Below are positions 27,285-37,200 of a stretch of DNA of 64,000 nucleotides, piece by piece. Below the pieces are notes generated by a model. That model saw only the letters and a list, made by a program, of their open reading frames with translations, searched no databases and was not told the DNA's origin. The translations under genes and the position numbers were made by a program. Origin of the DNA: Candidatus Bathyarchaeota archaeon (GTDB taxonomy: Archaea > Thermoproteota > Bathyarchaeia > Bathyarchaeales > Bathycorpusculaceae); the NCBI GenBank assembly GCA_963815095.1, contig CAWFFH010000003.1, forward strand, positions 1,216,001-1,280,000, given 5' to 3'. The first letter of the stretch is position 1; each line of letters starts with the position of its first letter.

Positions 27285-29225
27285 ATGCTTGAGTTTCTAT
27301 TTCCTTTTGGGTTAGCCGCGTTTTTTCTTGCCTTCATTTTGCCCATCATAAGTTCAAAGCTATGCAATAGTAAATTTTCAAGACAAGCATCCCTCATATT
27401 CGCAACCATAGCAAGCGTTGCCATCTTGGCGTTTGCTTTGGAAATTGTCCTCTCAAACAAAAGCCTCTCTCTACTCGCCTACCAAATTACACCTTTGTTC
27501 CAGTTTTCTTTCCTTGTGGATAGATTAGCGGCGTTCTTCCTTGCCCTTGTCGCTGTGGTTTCCGTTGCAGTTTCAATTTACTCAATACAATACGTGGAAC
27601 ATTTTCCAAATGAAGCCAAAAAGAACCTGATCGTCTCATTCATGAATATTTTCATCCTTTCAATGGTGCTGGTGGTCGCATCGTTTTCCATGTTCTCCTT
27701 CCTGTTTTTCTGGGAAATAATGGCGCTCTCCTCTTTTCTGCTTGTTATGATGGAGTTTGAGAAGAAAGACACACAGAAAGCAGGTATATTCTACTTTGTA
27801 ATGACTCATCTTAGCACGCTATTTCTCATCTTCGCATTCCTCTTCATCTATACTATAACTGGAACATTTGACATGACGCAAATACGGGCAGATCCCTTAA
27901 TCACTTCGGTCGCCTTCGTCTTTCTGTTCTTAGGGTTTGGCATAAAAGCGGGTATAATTCCATTCCACAAGTGGCTTCCATATGCACACCCAGCAAGTCC
28001 TTCCAACATCTCTGCTCTTATGTCTGGCGTTATGATAAAAGTCGCCATCTACGGTTTAGTCCGTTTCGTTCTTCTCCTTCCCATGCAAACATGGTGGGGC
28101 ATTCTAATCCTTTCCGCAGGAACGGCATCCGCAGTGCTCGGCGTAATTTACGCCCTAAAAGAACACGACATTAAACGGTTACTTGCTTACCATAGCATCG
28201 AAAACATCGGTATAATTCTAATCGGTGTTGGCTTATACGTAATTTTCTCGCTGGCAGGGCTACAAGCCATAGCCTTTCTTGCACTTGCAGGCGCCCTCTT
28301 CCACACCCTAAACCACGCCATCTTCAAAAGCCTCCTCTTCATGACCAGCGGCAGCATTGTAAACGCGACAGGTACTAGAAACATCGAGGAAATGGGCGGC
28401 TTAATCAAACGCATGCCCAAGACCGCTCTTCTATTCCTAATAGGTGCAGTTTCCATCTCGGCATTGCCGCCCTTCAACGGATTCGTAAGTGAACTAATGA
28501 TTTTCCAAGTATTCTTCCAATCCATAGCCTTAGCCAATCCCTTCCTTGAGGTGATTTTGATTACGTCGTTGGCAGTGTTTGCCCTCACCAGTGCGTTTGC
28601 TGCGGCATGCTTTGTGAAGGCGTTTGGAATAACTTTCCTTGCGCTACCACGCTCACAAGAAGCTAAGGAAGCGAAAGAGTCACCTAAACTCATGATTATT
28701 GGACCAGCCATACTTGCTGCCCTATGTGTAGCGTTGGGAGTTTTCTCTTTGCAGCTTTTTGGTGTCCTCGGGTTCTCGTTCCCACTGCCCAATATGCTCT
28801 TTATCGGCGCACTGCTGGCCGGGTTCTACGTATTCACATTTGCTGCTTTGCGCGAGGTCGCTAACAGGCGGGAACGAATCGCTGAAACTTGGGGATGCGG
28901 ATTCCCAACCCAAACCTCCACGATGGAGTACACCGCTTCAGGCTTTTCAGAACCAATTGTAACCATCCTCAAATCGATTTTCCGAACCCAGAAGAAATCT
29001 GAACGAAACTTCTACGACGATAAAAGCGTTATCTTCAAGGATGGCAAAGCCGAAATCCACCTTGTCAAATTCTTTGAAGAACGCCTCTACATGCCGGTCG
29101 CGAACTTCGTGCGGAAGATTTCTTTAAAGGTTAATAATTTGCAGCGTGGCGATGTTGACTTGCATGTTGCATATGCATTTGCAACGATTGTTGTGTTTCT
29201 GCTAATAATCTGGTGGTTTGCATAA
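27285..29225 (+). CDS. hyfB: HyfB/NuoL-like antiporter subunit of Ehr complex
   Basis: FWEIMA, KAGIIPFHKWLP.AHP, KRLLAYHSIEN, NHAIFK, PPFNGF.SE, TWGCG. Confidence 0.9.
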   Translation: MLEFLFPFGLAAFFLAFILPIISSKLCNSKFSRQASLIFATIASVAILAFALEIVLSNKSLSLLAYQITPLFQFSFLVDRLAAFFLALVAVVSVAVSIYSIQYVEHFPNEAKKNLIVSFMNIFILSMVLVVASFSMFSFLFFWEIMALSSFLLVMMEFEKKDTQKAGIFYFVMTHLSTLFLIFAFLFIYTITGTFDMTQIRADPLITSVAFVFLFLGFGIKAGIIPFHKWLPYAHPASPSNISALMSGVMIKVAIYGLVRFVLLLPMQTWWGILILSAGTASAVLGVIYALKEHDIKRLLAYHSIENIGIILIGVGLYVIFSLAGLQAIAFLALAGALFHTLNHAIFKSLLFMTSGSIVNATGTRNIEEMGGLIKRMPKTALLFLIGAVSISALPPFNGFVSELMIFQVFFQSIALANPFLEVILITSLAVFALTSAFAAACFVKAFGITFLALPRSQEAKEAKESPKLMIIGPAILAALCVALGVFSLQLFGVLGFSFPLPNMLFIGALLAGFYVFTFAALREVANRRERIAETWGCGFPTQTSTMEYTASGFSEPIVTILKSIFRTQKKSERNFYDDKSVIFKDGKAEIHLVKFFEERLYMPVANFVRKISLKVNNLQRGDVDLHVAYAFATIVVFLLIIWWFA

Positions 29226-30169
29226 TGGATTACTTGACACTTATCGCATATGGCATTCTAAACACGATATTTGTCACCTTAATCTCTCCTTTGTTTATTA
29301 GTTTAATAAAAATCGTGAAAGCTCACGCTCAGAAAAGAAGAGGGCCACCGATTCTGCAAACCTACCGCAATTTATTCAAGTTGCTTAAGAAAGAAACCGT
29401 TTACTCCACGAACTCGTCATGGATAATGAGGGCAACGCCACTTGTGAATATTGCTGCAATTTTAGTGGCAAGTCTATTTGTTCCCCTTCTTGTGATACCG
29501 CAATCCAACGATTTTGTGGGAAACATAGTTTTGTTCCTCTACTTGCTTGCAATGGCGAAGTTTTTCATGGCACTTTCTGGACTAGACGCAGGAAGCACAT
29601 TTGGCGGCATGGGCAGCAGCCGAGAAATGGCTATATCTGCTCTTTTCGAACCAGTCATCATTGTAGTTTTTGCCGCCCTTGCGTTTGCTTTCAAAACTAT
29701 AAGCCTACCTGAAATTTTTAGGGGTGCTTTAGCTTCAAACGTATTAATTGATCCCGTTATAGTCCTAATTTCCATCTCAATATTCATTGTTATAATTGTT
29801 GAGTCCGCTAGAGTTCCCGTTGATAACCCCGAAACTCATTTGGAGTTAACGATGATTCATGAAGCAATGATTCTTGAGCAGTCTGGAAAGAATCTTGCTA
29901 TGCTGGAGTTGTCGAGTGCTATGAAGCAGTTGCTTCTTATGGGCCTGCTTATCAACATACTTGTTCCATGGGGCTTAACTCAAGATTTTACTATTCCAGC
30001 AATCCTGATTTCGCTTGGGGCATTTGTTCTTAAAGCAGTTGTGCTCGCCGTTGTCATCGGTTTGTTTGAATCTTCATGCGCAAAATCCCGGCTTTTCCGC
30101 TTACCAAGTCTGTTTGCAATTGCACTTTTCCTCTCATTAATAACTTTGATTATTGAGGTGTTTACATGA
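29225..30169 (+). CDS. hyfC: HyfC/HycD (NuoH-like) membrane subunit
   Basis: GPP.LQ.Y, GGMGSSRE, RVPVDNPETHLELTMIHEAM. Confidence 0.9.
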   Translation: MDYLTLIAYGILNTIFVTLISPLFISLIKIVKAHAQKRRGPPILQTYRNLFKLLKKETVYSTNSSWIMRATPLVNIAAILVASLFVPLLVIPQSNDFVGNIVLFLYLLAMAKFFMALSGLDAGSTFGGMGSSREMAISALFEPVIIVVFAALAFAFKTISLPEIFRGALASNVLIDPVIVLISISIFIVIIVESARVPVDNPETHLELTMIHEAMILEQSGKNLAMLELSSAMKQLLLMGLLINILVPWGLTQDFTIPAILISLGAFVLKAVVLAVVIGLFESSCAKSRLFRLPSLFAIALFLSLITLIIEVFT

Positions 30170-30882
30170 TAATTGCTCCAGCCCAAAACATAGCGCAAAT
30201 TCTCGTCGTTTTGATTTTGGCAACTGCAGCAATAATTATCATGAAACGCGATATTCGTTCCCTCATAAAGACGTACGCTTTCCAGTCTTTGCTATTGGCT
30301 ACGATGGCGCTGTTGCTTTTCGTAGCCACCGGCACTATAACGCTCCTCTACCTTGCCATTATTATTTTGGTAAGTAAAGTTTGGATTATTCCTCATTTCA
30401 TGGGAATTGTCGCAAAAAGGCTCAACATAAAACGTGATGTCAAGTTCCACTTCCTTTCTCCTGTAACCTCCTTGATTGCCAGTATAGTGATTATCCTGTT
30501 CGTTTACCTCTCCTTCTCTAGCCTGCTCTCTGAATTGAATCGCTTCAACTCAAGTCTCTTCTTGTTGGGCGCTACCGTCGGCATATCAATCGTTTTCATG
30601 GGTATGATTGTAATATTTACCCGTAAACAAACAATTACAAACATCGTAGGCTACTTAACAATGGAAAATGGCGTTGTCCTCTTTAGTCTATTCCTAACAG
30701 AACTTCCTTTGCTTATTGAAGTCCTAATCATTGTAGACTTGATTATGCTAACTCTGATTGCTACAATACTTGCCTTTGGTATAGACTCAACGATCGAGGA
30801 ATTCCACGCAAGACTCAACCCTTTCAATGATTCAAAGAAAAAAGCTCAACAAGAAATCAAGGATTTGGAGGTTGAACAGTAA
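30166..30882 (+). CDS. hyfE: HyfE-like membrane subunit
   Basis: YAFQS, GYLTMENG; position in operon. Confidence 0.85.
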   Translation: MIIAPAQNIAQILVVLILATAAIIIMKRDIRSLIKTYAFQSLLLATMALLLFVATGTITLLYLAIIILVSKVWIIPHFMGIVAKRLNIKRDVKFHFLSPVTSLIASIVIILFVYLSFSSLLSELNRFNSSLFLLGATVGISIVFMGMIVIFTRKQTITNIVGYLTMENGVVLFSLFLTELPLLIEVLIIVDLIMLTLIATILAFGIDSTIEEFHARLNPFNDSKKKAQQEIKDLEVEQ

Positions 30883-32357
30883 TGTTGTCCCTAAACTTGA
30901 TATTAGCTATTTACCTTATTGTTGGAGCCGCGGTATCATTGCTGACTGTGGTGTCTAAGTCACACAAGACCTTGAACATCCTCTCAATTATTCTTCCAGC
31001 AACATATGTCGCACTAACACTCTACACGCTAATTTACGCTGCAATTCCAGCTTATTCCTTAGGCGGCAACTACTTCCTAATCGACCACCTCAGCCTCTAC
31101 GAAATCCTGATTTCCGCCTTCTTGTTTCTGCTCGCCGCAGTCTATTCTCGTGGGTACATTGAAGGCTCTATCGAAATCGGCGAGATGGATCACAGTAGCC
31201 TCAAACTATTCTACGTTGCCTTCAATCTGCTGCTTATGGCGATAACCTTCGCCTTCTTCGCCGATAACCTTGCCCTCTTCTGGATACTAGCCGAATTAAC
31301 CACTGCCTTCTCCGCAGTTCTCATCGTTATACTCAACGCACCAAAAAATATCGGTGCCACCCTAAAATACGTCTTCATAACCTCCACATGCATGCTCTTC
31401 TCCTTCATCGGCTTAATCCTCATCTTCACTCTAACAGAAAACAACCTTGGCGTGGGTACCCTCAATTGGAGCACCCTCATGTCAATCGCCAGTACATTGT
31501 CACCCGCAATAATGTTTGCAGCATTCATTTTCACATTCGTAGGGTTCGCGGCAAAATCAGGTATCGTCCCATTTCACGCTTGGCTACCTAGTGCGCATTC
31601 GAAAGCTCCTGCCCCTGTTAGCGCAATTTTGTCAGGCTGCGTAACCAGCGTGGGAATCTACGGCATTATCAGGGTTTACGCGATTGCTTCCCAAATATCA
31701 GAGTTACCAAAAATTTCTTGGTTCCTTATCGCGTTTGGGTTGTTAAGCATGGCTGTTGCAGCTTTAACGATGCTCAACCAGGTGAACCTGAAGAAACTTG
31801 TTGGCTACTCGACGGTGGAAAACATGGGGTTCCTCCTGGTAGGGATAGGCTTAGGGACACCTGTTGCACTTTTCTGGACGCTATTTTATGTTCTAGCCCA
31901 CGCATTAACCAAAGCTTCCCTATTCTTATCCGCAGGCATCCTCCACCACCAGTATAAAAGTGTCAGAATGGAACACATAAGGAACGTCTTCAAATTCCAG
32001 CCTTTCGCCGCATGGAGCATCATACTTGGCACAATAGCAATAATTGGAATGCCCTTATCAGCGATTTTTCTGCCCAAACTTTCAATTCTTTTGCAATCTG
32101 CCGAGTTGTCGCCCTATTTGCTCTTGGGGTTGCTAACAGTTTTCCTGTTTGTTGCCGGCGCATTTGGAGTCTTCCTGATTAAGTTGCTGTCCAAAAAAGA
32201 AGAAGATGCTCCAGGAGTGACACGTTATGAAGCTTCGTTGGGCATGAAAATCCCAATCATAATCCTCCTGGTTACTGTTTTTGCTTTGGGAATATTCTTC
32301 CCGCAGCAACTAACAAACTTACTCAATAGCATTGTGTCTGAATTGGGAATTAGGTGA
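30882..32357 (+). CDS. hyfF: HyfF-like antiporter subunit
   Basis: W...ELTT, K.G..PFHAWLP.AHS.AP, KKLVGYSTVENMG, HALTKASLF. Confidence 0.88.
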   Translation: MLSLNLILAIYLIVGAAVSLLTVVSKSHKTLNILSIILPATYVALTLYTLIYAAIPAYSLGGNYFLIDHLSLYEILISAFLFLLAAVYSRGYIEGSIEIGEMDHSSLKLFYVAFNLLLMAITFAFFADNLALFWILAELTTAFSAVLIVILNAPKNIGATLKYVFITSTCMLFSFIGLILIFTLTENNLGVGTLNWSTLMSIASTLSPAIMFAAFIFTFVGFAAKSGIVPFHAWLPSAHSKAPAPVSAILSGCVTSVGIYGIIRVYAIASQISELPKISWFLIAFGLLSMAVAALTMLNQVNLKKLVGYSTVENMGFLLVGIGLGTPVALFWTLFYVLAHALTKASLFLSAGILHHQYKSVRMEHIRNVFKFQPFAAWSIILGTIAIIGMPLSAIFLPKLSILLQSAELSPYLLLGLLTVFLFVAGAFGVFLIKLLSKKEEDAPGVTRYEASLGMKIPIIILLVTVFALGIFFPQQLTNLLNSIVSELGIR

Positions 32358-33922
32358 CACAAATGAACCTGAACGAAGTACTCGAAATCTTATCTGGACA
32401 AAAGCTCCCCTTAACTGAAGGGTTGAACTACGAACTTTATTTACCAATCAACGAATCCGACTTGCAAAAAGCCATAAACATCTTTGATGAAAATAGCTTT
32501 GAACTCATTAGTCTATTCTGTGTTGAAAATTTTGCGGAAAAAGGATTCACACTTTTCTATGCCTTCGAGGTACCAGGTTTTGAGCAAATTCTGATTCTGC
32601 AATACCTTTTAAGCGGTAATCAGGCAGTTTCTATCGCCAAAACTTATCCTTCTGCATGTTGGTACGAGCGGGAAATTGTTGATGGATTCGGAATAGAATT
32701 CCAAGACGCCTTTGACAAAAGAAGATTGTTTCTACATGAGACGTATCCATTAGATTTTCATCCACTTTTGAAATCTTTCAAAAACGGTAAAATAGAAAAC
32801 TCAACGCCTAACGACCAAAAAGAATACCTCTTTAAGCAGGTCGAGGGCGAAGGCGTCTACCAGATTCCAGTCGGACCAGTTCACGCGGGAATCATTGAGC
32901 CTGGGCATTTCAGGTTCAGCGTCATTGGCGAGACCATCTTTAACTTGGAAGTGAGGCTTTTTTACAAGCACCGAGGATTAGAAAAACTCGCCGAAGGAAT
33001 GAAGCCTCAAGAATGCGTTCGAATTGCCGAAAGCATAAGTGGAGACGAAACGGTCGCTAACGTGGTCGCTTTCTGCATTGCGGTCGAGAAAATCTGCGGC
33101 TTGACATTGCCGAAAAGAGCTCTGCAATTAAGAACCATAATGCTGGAGCTTGAACGCATCTACTCTCACTTGGGCGATTTGGCAGGTATGTGCGTGGACG
33201 TGGCTTATCCTGTTGGCGCAAGCCCATTCTTCATTCTAAGGGAAGAAATTTTTAGGCAAAATGACACACTTACAGGTTCTAGATTCCTTAAAGGAATTGT
33301 CGGATTGGGAGGGTTAACTAAGGATGTTCCCGATGGCGCTCTCAAAAACCTCTCAACGTATTTTCTATCGTTTTCTGAGCGGCTAAATGTCGCCACAGGA
33401 ATCGACAGCACATACTTCTCAGTGGTTGACAGGTTTGAAACCACGGGTAAAGTTAAAACCGAAATTCTTTCACCTCTACATATTACTGGTCCAGTTGCGA
33501 GGGCTTCAGGCAAAATATCTGACAACCGAATCTCCCATCCATACGGAATATACAGAGAGTTAAAGTTGAAAGAAAGGACACAGACAAATGGAGATGTTCT
33601 TGCTCGATTCAACCTTAAAGCCAAAGAAGTTCTCGATTCCGTCAAAATTATTCAACACCTAATCAGCGAATTGGACAACGGCGAGATTTCTGTACTCTGT
33701 CAAATCAAAGATGGCCACTCGCTATCGTTGGTAGAGGCGCCAAGGGGACAGAATTTCCACTGGGTCAAAATCAAAAATGGCGCTATCGACCGCTTTAAAG
33801 TTCGGACAGCTTCTTTCTGCAACTGGCAAGCCATGGAACACGCGGTCCTTGGAAATATAGTTCCAGATTTCCCCCTAATTAACAAGAGCATGAACTTATC
33901 GTATGCAGGAACGGACATGTGA
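32354..33922 (+). CDS. Ehr large subunit (NuoC+NuoD/HycE-like) lacking Ni-binding CxxC motifs
   Basis: PVGPVHAGIIEPGHFRF, HRGLEK; ESISGD replaces RxCGxC; DFPLINKSMNLSY replaces DPCxxC. Confidence 0.9.
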   Translation: MTQMNLNEVLEILSGQKLPLTEGLNYELYLPINESDLQKAINIFDENSFELISLFCVENFAEKGFTLFYAFEVPGFEQILILQYLLSGNQAVSIAKTYPSACWYEREIVDGFGIEFQDAFDKRRLFLHETYPLDFHPLLKSFKNGKIENSTPNDQKEYLFKQVEGEGVYQIPVGPVHAGIIEPGHFRFSVIGETIFNLEVRLFYKHRGLEKLAEGMKPQECVRIAESISGDETVANVVAFCIAVEKICGLTLPKRALQLRTIMLELERIYSHLGDLAGMCVDVAYPVGASPFFILREEIFRQNDTLTGSRFLKGIVGLGGLTKDVPDGALKNLSTYFLSFSERLNVATGIDSTYFSVVDRFETTGKVKTEILSPLHITGPVARASGKISDNRISHPYGIYRELKLKERTQTNGDVLARFNLKAKEVLDSVKIIQHLISELDNGEISVLCQIKDGHSLSLVEAPRGQNFHWVKIKNGAIDRFKVRTASFCNWQAMEHAVLGNIVPDFPLINKSMNLSYAGTDM

Positions 33923-33926
33923 GACT

Positions 33927-34445
33927 ATGGCAAAAGCAATCTCTAATGTTTTCAAAAAACCCTCAACAGATACTTTCCAGTTTAAAGATGCAGAATTCGA
34001 AGCCCTCGGTATGCAGCTGAAGGAAACAGTGGATAAAGTTTTTGCCAGAAGCCTGGCTATTCGCGAATTAGACGCAGGCAGCGACAACTCAACTGAAATA
34101 GAACTCAATAACCTTTCAACCCCTTACTACGATGTTGAACGTTTCGGCATATTTTTCGTGGCTTCCCCCCGGCACGCTGACGTTCTCATCGTTACCGGCG
34201 TGGTCACTCTAAACATGGAAATTGCAGCAAAAAAAACATTCGAAGCCATGCCTAACCCAAAATTTGTTGTAGCCGTAGGCGACGATGCTTGCGGATATGG
34301 AATCATGAACAACTCTTACGCCGTGTTGGGAGGCGCCGACAAAATCTTTGACGTGGCTCTAAAAATTCCTGGTAATCCTCCATCTCCCCGAGAGATACTC
34401 AAAGGCATTCTTGCTCTCATGAGTGTTATAGAGAAAAGACCCTAA
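33927..34445 (+). CDS. Ehr small subunit (NuoB/HycG-like) lacking the four canonical Fe-S cysteines
   Basis: YDVERFG...ASPRHAD.L.VTG intact; GSDNSTEIE, VGDDA, IPGNPP at the Cys positions. Confidence 0.88.
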   Translation: MAKAISNVFKKPSTDTFQFKDAEFEALGMQLKETVDKVFARSLAIRELDAGSDNSTEIELNNLSTPYYDVERFGIFFVASPRHADVLIVTGVVTLNMEIAAKKTFEAMPNPKFVVAVGDDACGYGIMNNSYAVLGGADKIFDVALKIPGNPPSPREILKGILALMSVIEKRP

Positions 34446-34611
34446 AAACGCCTTTTTACGTTTAAAATAATTTTTTATTTTTTGTTTGCTAACCTTTAGA
34501 TCAGGCATGTAAATGCTTAGTTGCTGTTGTGGAAAGCCTGTGAAGCTATTAATAAACTCCACTTCCTTTCGAAGGGGTTTTTCAATCACCAAGTAGGGGC
34601 AGACTCGCCAT

Positions 34612-35043
34612 TTACCCTCGGTTGCCATAACTTTTGTTCATGCAATCCTGACAATAATTCCTCTTAAACCTCTTTATTCGCTTGGGCTGGAAGAGTTTTC
34701 CGCATGAACTGCACTTTATTTGGTTAACTGTTTTGGGATCCAGGAGTTTGAGTCGTCGTTCAATTTCGTTTTTAACGTCTGAATCGTTTTCACTTACCAA
34801 CGCATGGGTGAGTAGTGTTTTGGCTTGTTCTTCACTTTGTTCACCAAACATCTTGGAAAATACATTGTTCTTTTTCTGATCTACGCTTATCTGCGAAGGC
34901 AACATGCAGATAAAATTTGAAGGATAACTCTTCGATTTATCAGAATCAACCACGGCGAAACGGTAGTGCCTGCCTACATAGTTGCCCTCAATGTTATCTT
35001 GAGTAAATATCTGTAACTTGAACTTCATAACCTTCCCACGCAT
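34612..35043 (-). CDS. Hypothetical protein with C-terminal zinc ribbon
   Basis: CSSC...CQDC. Confidence 0.75.
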   Translation of the reverse strand: MRGKVMKFKLQIFTQDNIEGNYVGRHYRFAVVDSDKSKSYPSNFICMLPSQISVDQKKNNVFSKMFGEQSEEQAKTLLTHALVSENDSDVKNEIERRLKLLDPKTVNQIKCSSCGKLFQPKRIKRFKRNYCQDCMNKSYGNRG

Positions 35044-35397
35044 ATAGAATGTATCTGCCCAGCTAATATCTATACTTCTTAAAAAAATTTAATTTTAATA
35101 TGAAAATTATTAAATTTGGGCGTTTTTAGGCAAATTTCCAAAAATAGCTTCTATATCAGAGTGCAAATGATCTTAGAACAACAAATAATCCTTCTATGCG
35201 TCAAAAACTCGCCTAAACACACAGAAAACTTCAAGATATGTGGGCGGGCGGGAGTAAGTTGAAGCACAAATTAGTTTTGGTGTTTAACATTTTGGCGTTA
35301 ATTTTAGGGAGCATCCGATTTTAAGCTGCTTTTCTCTCTGGAATTGCATTAACATAAACGAGGTTTTTTTTCTCTTTCTCTCTCTCTCATAAATAGT

Positions 35398-36318
35398 TCA
35401 GTTAATTTTTGAGCTGTTTACTTTACCTATAGCTCTTTTGTGGTTGAATGCAGCCACAAGCTCTTTAAAGTTAACAACAATGAGCGCCAGCAAAGTGAAA
35501 AAGGGTATGTACGAGTAATAATAAAGAGGTGTGGTGAGCCCTGAACCAAAAATCATGCTCATGAACCCAGAGCCCAGGCCGGGGTAAAGAAGCATCAAAT
35601 TCGATAAAGCCAGCGCGGCTGCTACACTTGTCAATGCAAGCTTGAGGTTTTTGCGATTATACAAAATGAACAGAGGGATTGAAAGTAAACCAAATCTTAC
35701 GTCAAAGAACCCAAAAGCCAACACAATTCCCGACAGGACTGGTTTGCCTCTGCTACCCAGATAGAAGCTAAGGAGAAGCAAAAAAGTGAGGAAGACTTTA
35801 GCTTGCCCTTCGCCCCACTGCCAATAGTAACTTGGAGATAAACCCCAATTTGCGGTTGGAAAGGGCAGCAGTAAAGCGATAACCATGACTGTCATCGAGA
35901 TGGCAAGATGCTTATCCTCTAAGAGTTTGTAAAGCATGAACGCAATAATTGGAAGGAGCATGATTTGGATTATGTCAAATGATAGCAATGCTTGCTGATA
36001 ACTTAATAATAGAAGGGGCGAGGTGATGAAAAGGAAATTGGGAAGGTACTTGTATGCTTCAGGGTACGGTGGAGTGATTGGTTCTGCGCCGCCTAGGGCT
36101 CCGAAATGGTAAACCTGTGAGGGATTATTCCAGAGTCTCCAAGCGCCTACATAGTAGGCTGAAAAGTCTTTTGCTAATATGCTGCCTGAAGAAGTTATGC
36201 CTGGAGTAAGCGTGTAAGTTTCTGGATAAGCTACTGTGAAGGTGTATAGATTTAACGCAATGAGAACAGCGACACTGATAATTATGGCAGTTTGGCCTGG
36301 GCTTGGTTTTTTAGTCAT
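35398..36318 (-). CDS. GT87/DUF2029-like membrane glycosyltransferase
   Basis: KDFSAYY.GA, YKYLP, EGQ; multiple TMs. Confidence 0.65.
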   Translation of the reverse strand: MTKKPSPGQTAIIISVAVLIALNLYTFTVAYPETYTLTPGITSSGSILAKDFSAYYVGAWRLWNNPSQVYHFGALGGAEPITPPYPEAYKYLPNFLFITSPLLLLSYQQALLSFDIIQIMLLPIIAFMLYKLLEDKHLAISMTVMVIALLLPFPTANWGLSPSYYWQWGEGQAKVFLTFLLLLSFYLGSRGKPVLSGIVLAFGFFDVRFGLLSIPLFILYNRKNLKLALTSVAAALALSNLMLLYPGLGSGFMSMIFGSGLTTPLYYYSYIPFFTLLALIVVNFKELVAAFNHKRAIGKVNSSKIN

Positions 36319-36499
36319 TTTGTCTCAGCGATTAGCCTGTTTATGATTTTATTTCACTGTGTTGGGAACTTTTATACTTGGTTGTTGTTCCGTTGTTAAT
36401 TCTTTTCCTTTCCGTTGTATTACTATCGTCTTACGAGTGAAAATGCTTTTATTCAGTTCATGCTTTCAAGCCCTCATGCTCTCAAAATAGAAGGAAGGA

Positions 36500-37120
36500 T
36501 TGGAAATGATGCCTCAACAAAGTAAAGCAAAACAAGTTGCAATAACCGCCATGGTAGCCGCAATTTACGCCATACTATTCTACGGATCCGCACCAGGCAT
36601 GTTGCCAGGATTTACTCTTATTTACCTTCCAGTCATTCTACTGGGTGTTTTTCCCATATGGTTTGGCTGGAGTGGCCTCGCAGGCTGTATGATAGGCGCT
36701 TTTATTGGCGGCGTGTATGTTGAGCAAGTAGCACCTTACGCAGCATGGGTAGAATCAATTACGGCATTAATTATATTCGGGTTAAATTGGCTTCTCATGC
36801 CCAAAAACGCAGTAGACGGGAAATCAAAAAGAAACCTCATTCTCCTAATCGCAGTCTACGCTGTTACACTATTTATTGGAACCGCATACATCCTTTGGCA
36901 ATACACCTATCTCTTTAACATAGGAATAATGACATTCCCCATTTTAGGGGCGTTTTCATTTGGAACTGTCCTTGCCGCAACCTTTGGTCTCAACTTCGTA
37001 ATCCAAATTGCGGTATGTCCAGCTCTATTAAGAACAGTTACTCCGCGGTTGAAAGGATGGGGCATGTATTCAGGCAACTTTGCTGAATGGCGAAGTCGCC
37101 GAAAAGCAAAACCCACATAA
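36500..37120 (+). CDS. Membrane protein, QueT/ECF S-component-like
   Basis: A.TAMVAAIYA..., FG..G..G..IG; about 6 TMs. Confidence 0.5.
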   Translation: MEMMPQQSKAKQVAITAMVAAIYAILFYGSAPGMLPGFTLIYLPVILLGVFPIWFGWSGLAGCMIGAFIGGVYVEQVAPYAAWVESITALIIFGLNWLLMPKNAVDGKSKRNLILLIAVYAVTLFIGTAYILWQYTYLFNIGIMTFPILGAFSFGTVLAATFGLNFVIQIAVCPALLRTVTPRLKGWGMYSGNFAEWRSRRKAKPT

Positions 37121-37200
37121 AACTCCTCCGCCTTTCTTTTTCATCAAGATAGAAAATACTTTTAAGTTATCGCTCACCTAAGCAACCTAAGTGTCCAAAT

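Noticed and set aside
27285-34445. Functional [NiFe] hydrogenase-4 / formate hydrogenlyase
   Set aside because: Ni-ligating and Fe-S-ligating cysteines are absent; no maturation protease or formate dehydrogenase nearby
35364-35389. T/CT-rich microsatellite-like tract
   Set aside because: Short low-complexity intergenic run; no evidence of function
36320-36500. preQ1 riboswitch ahead of the QueT-like gene
   Set aside because: No preQ1 aptamer consensus visible
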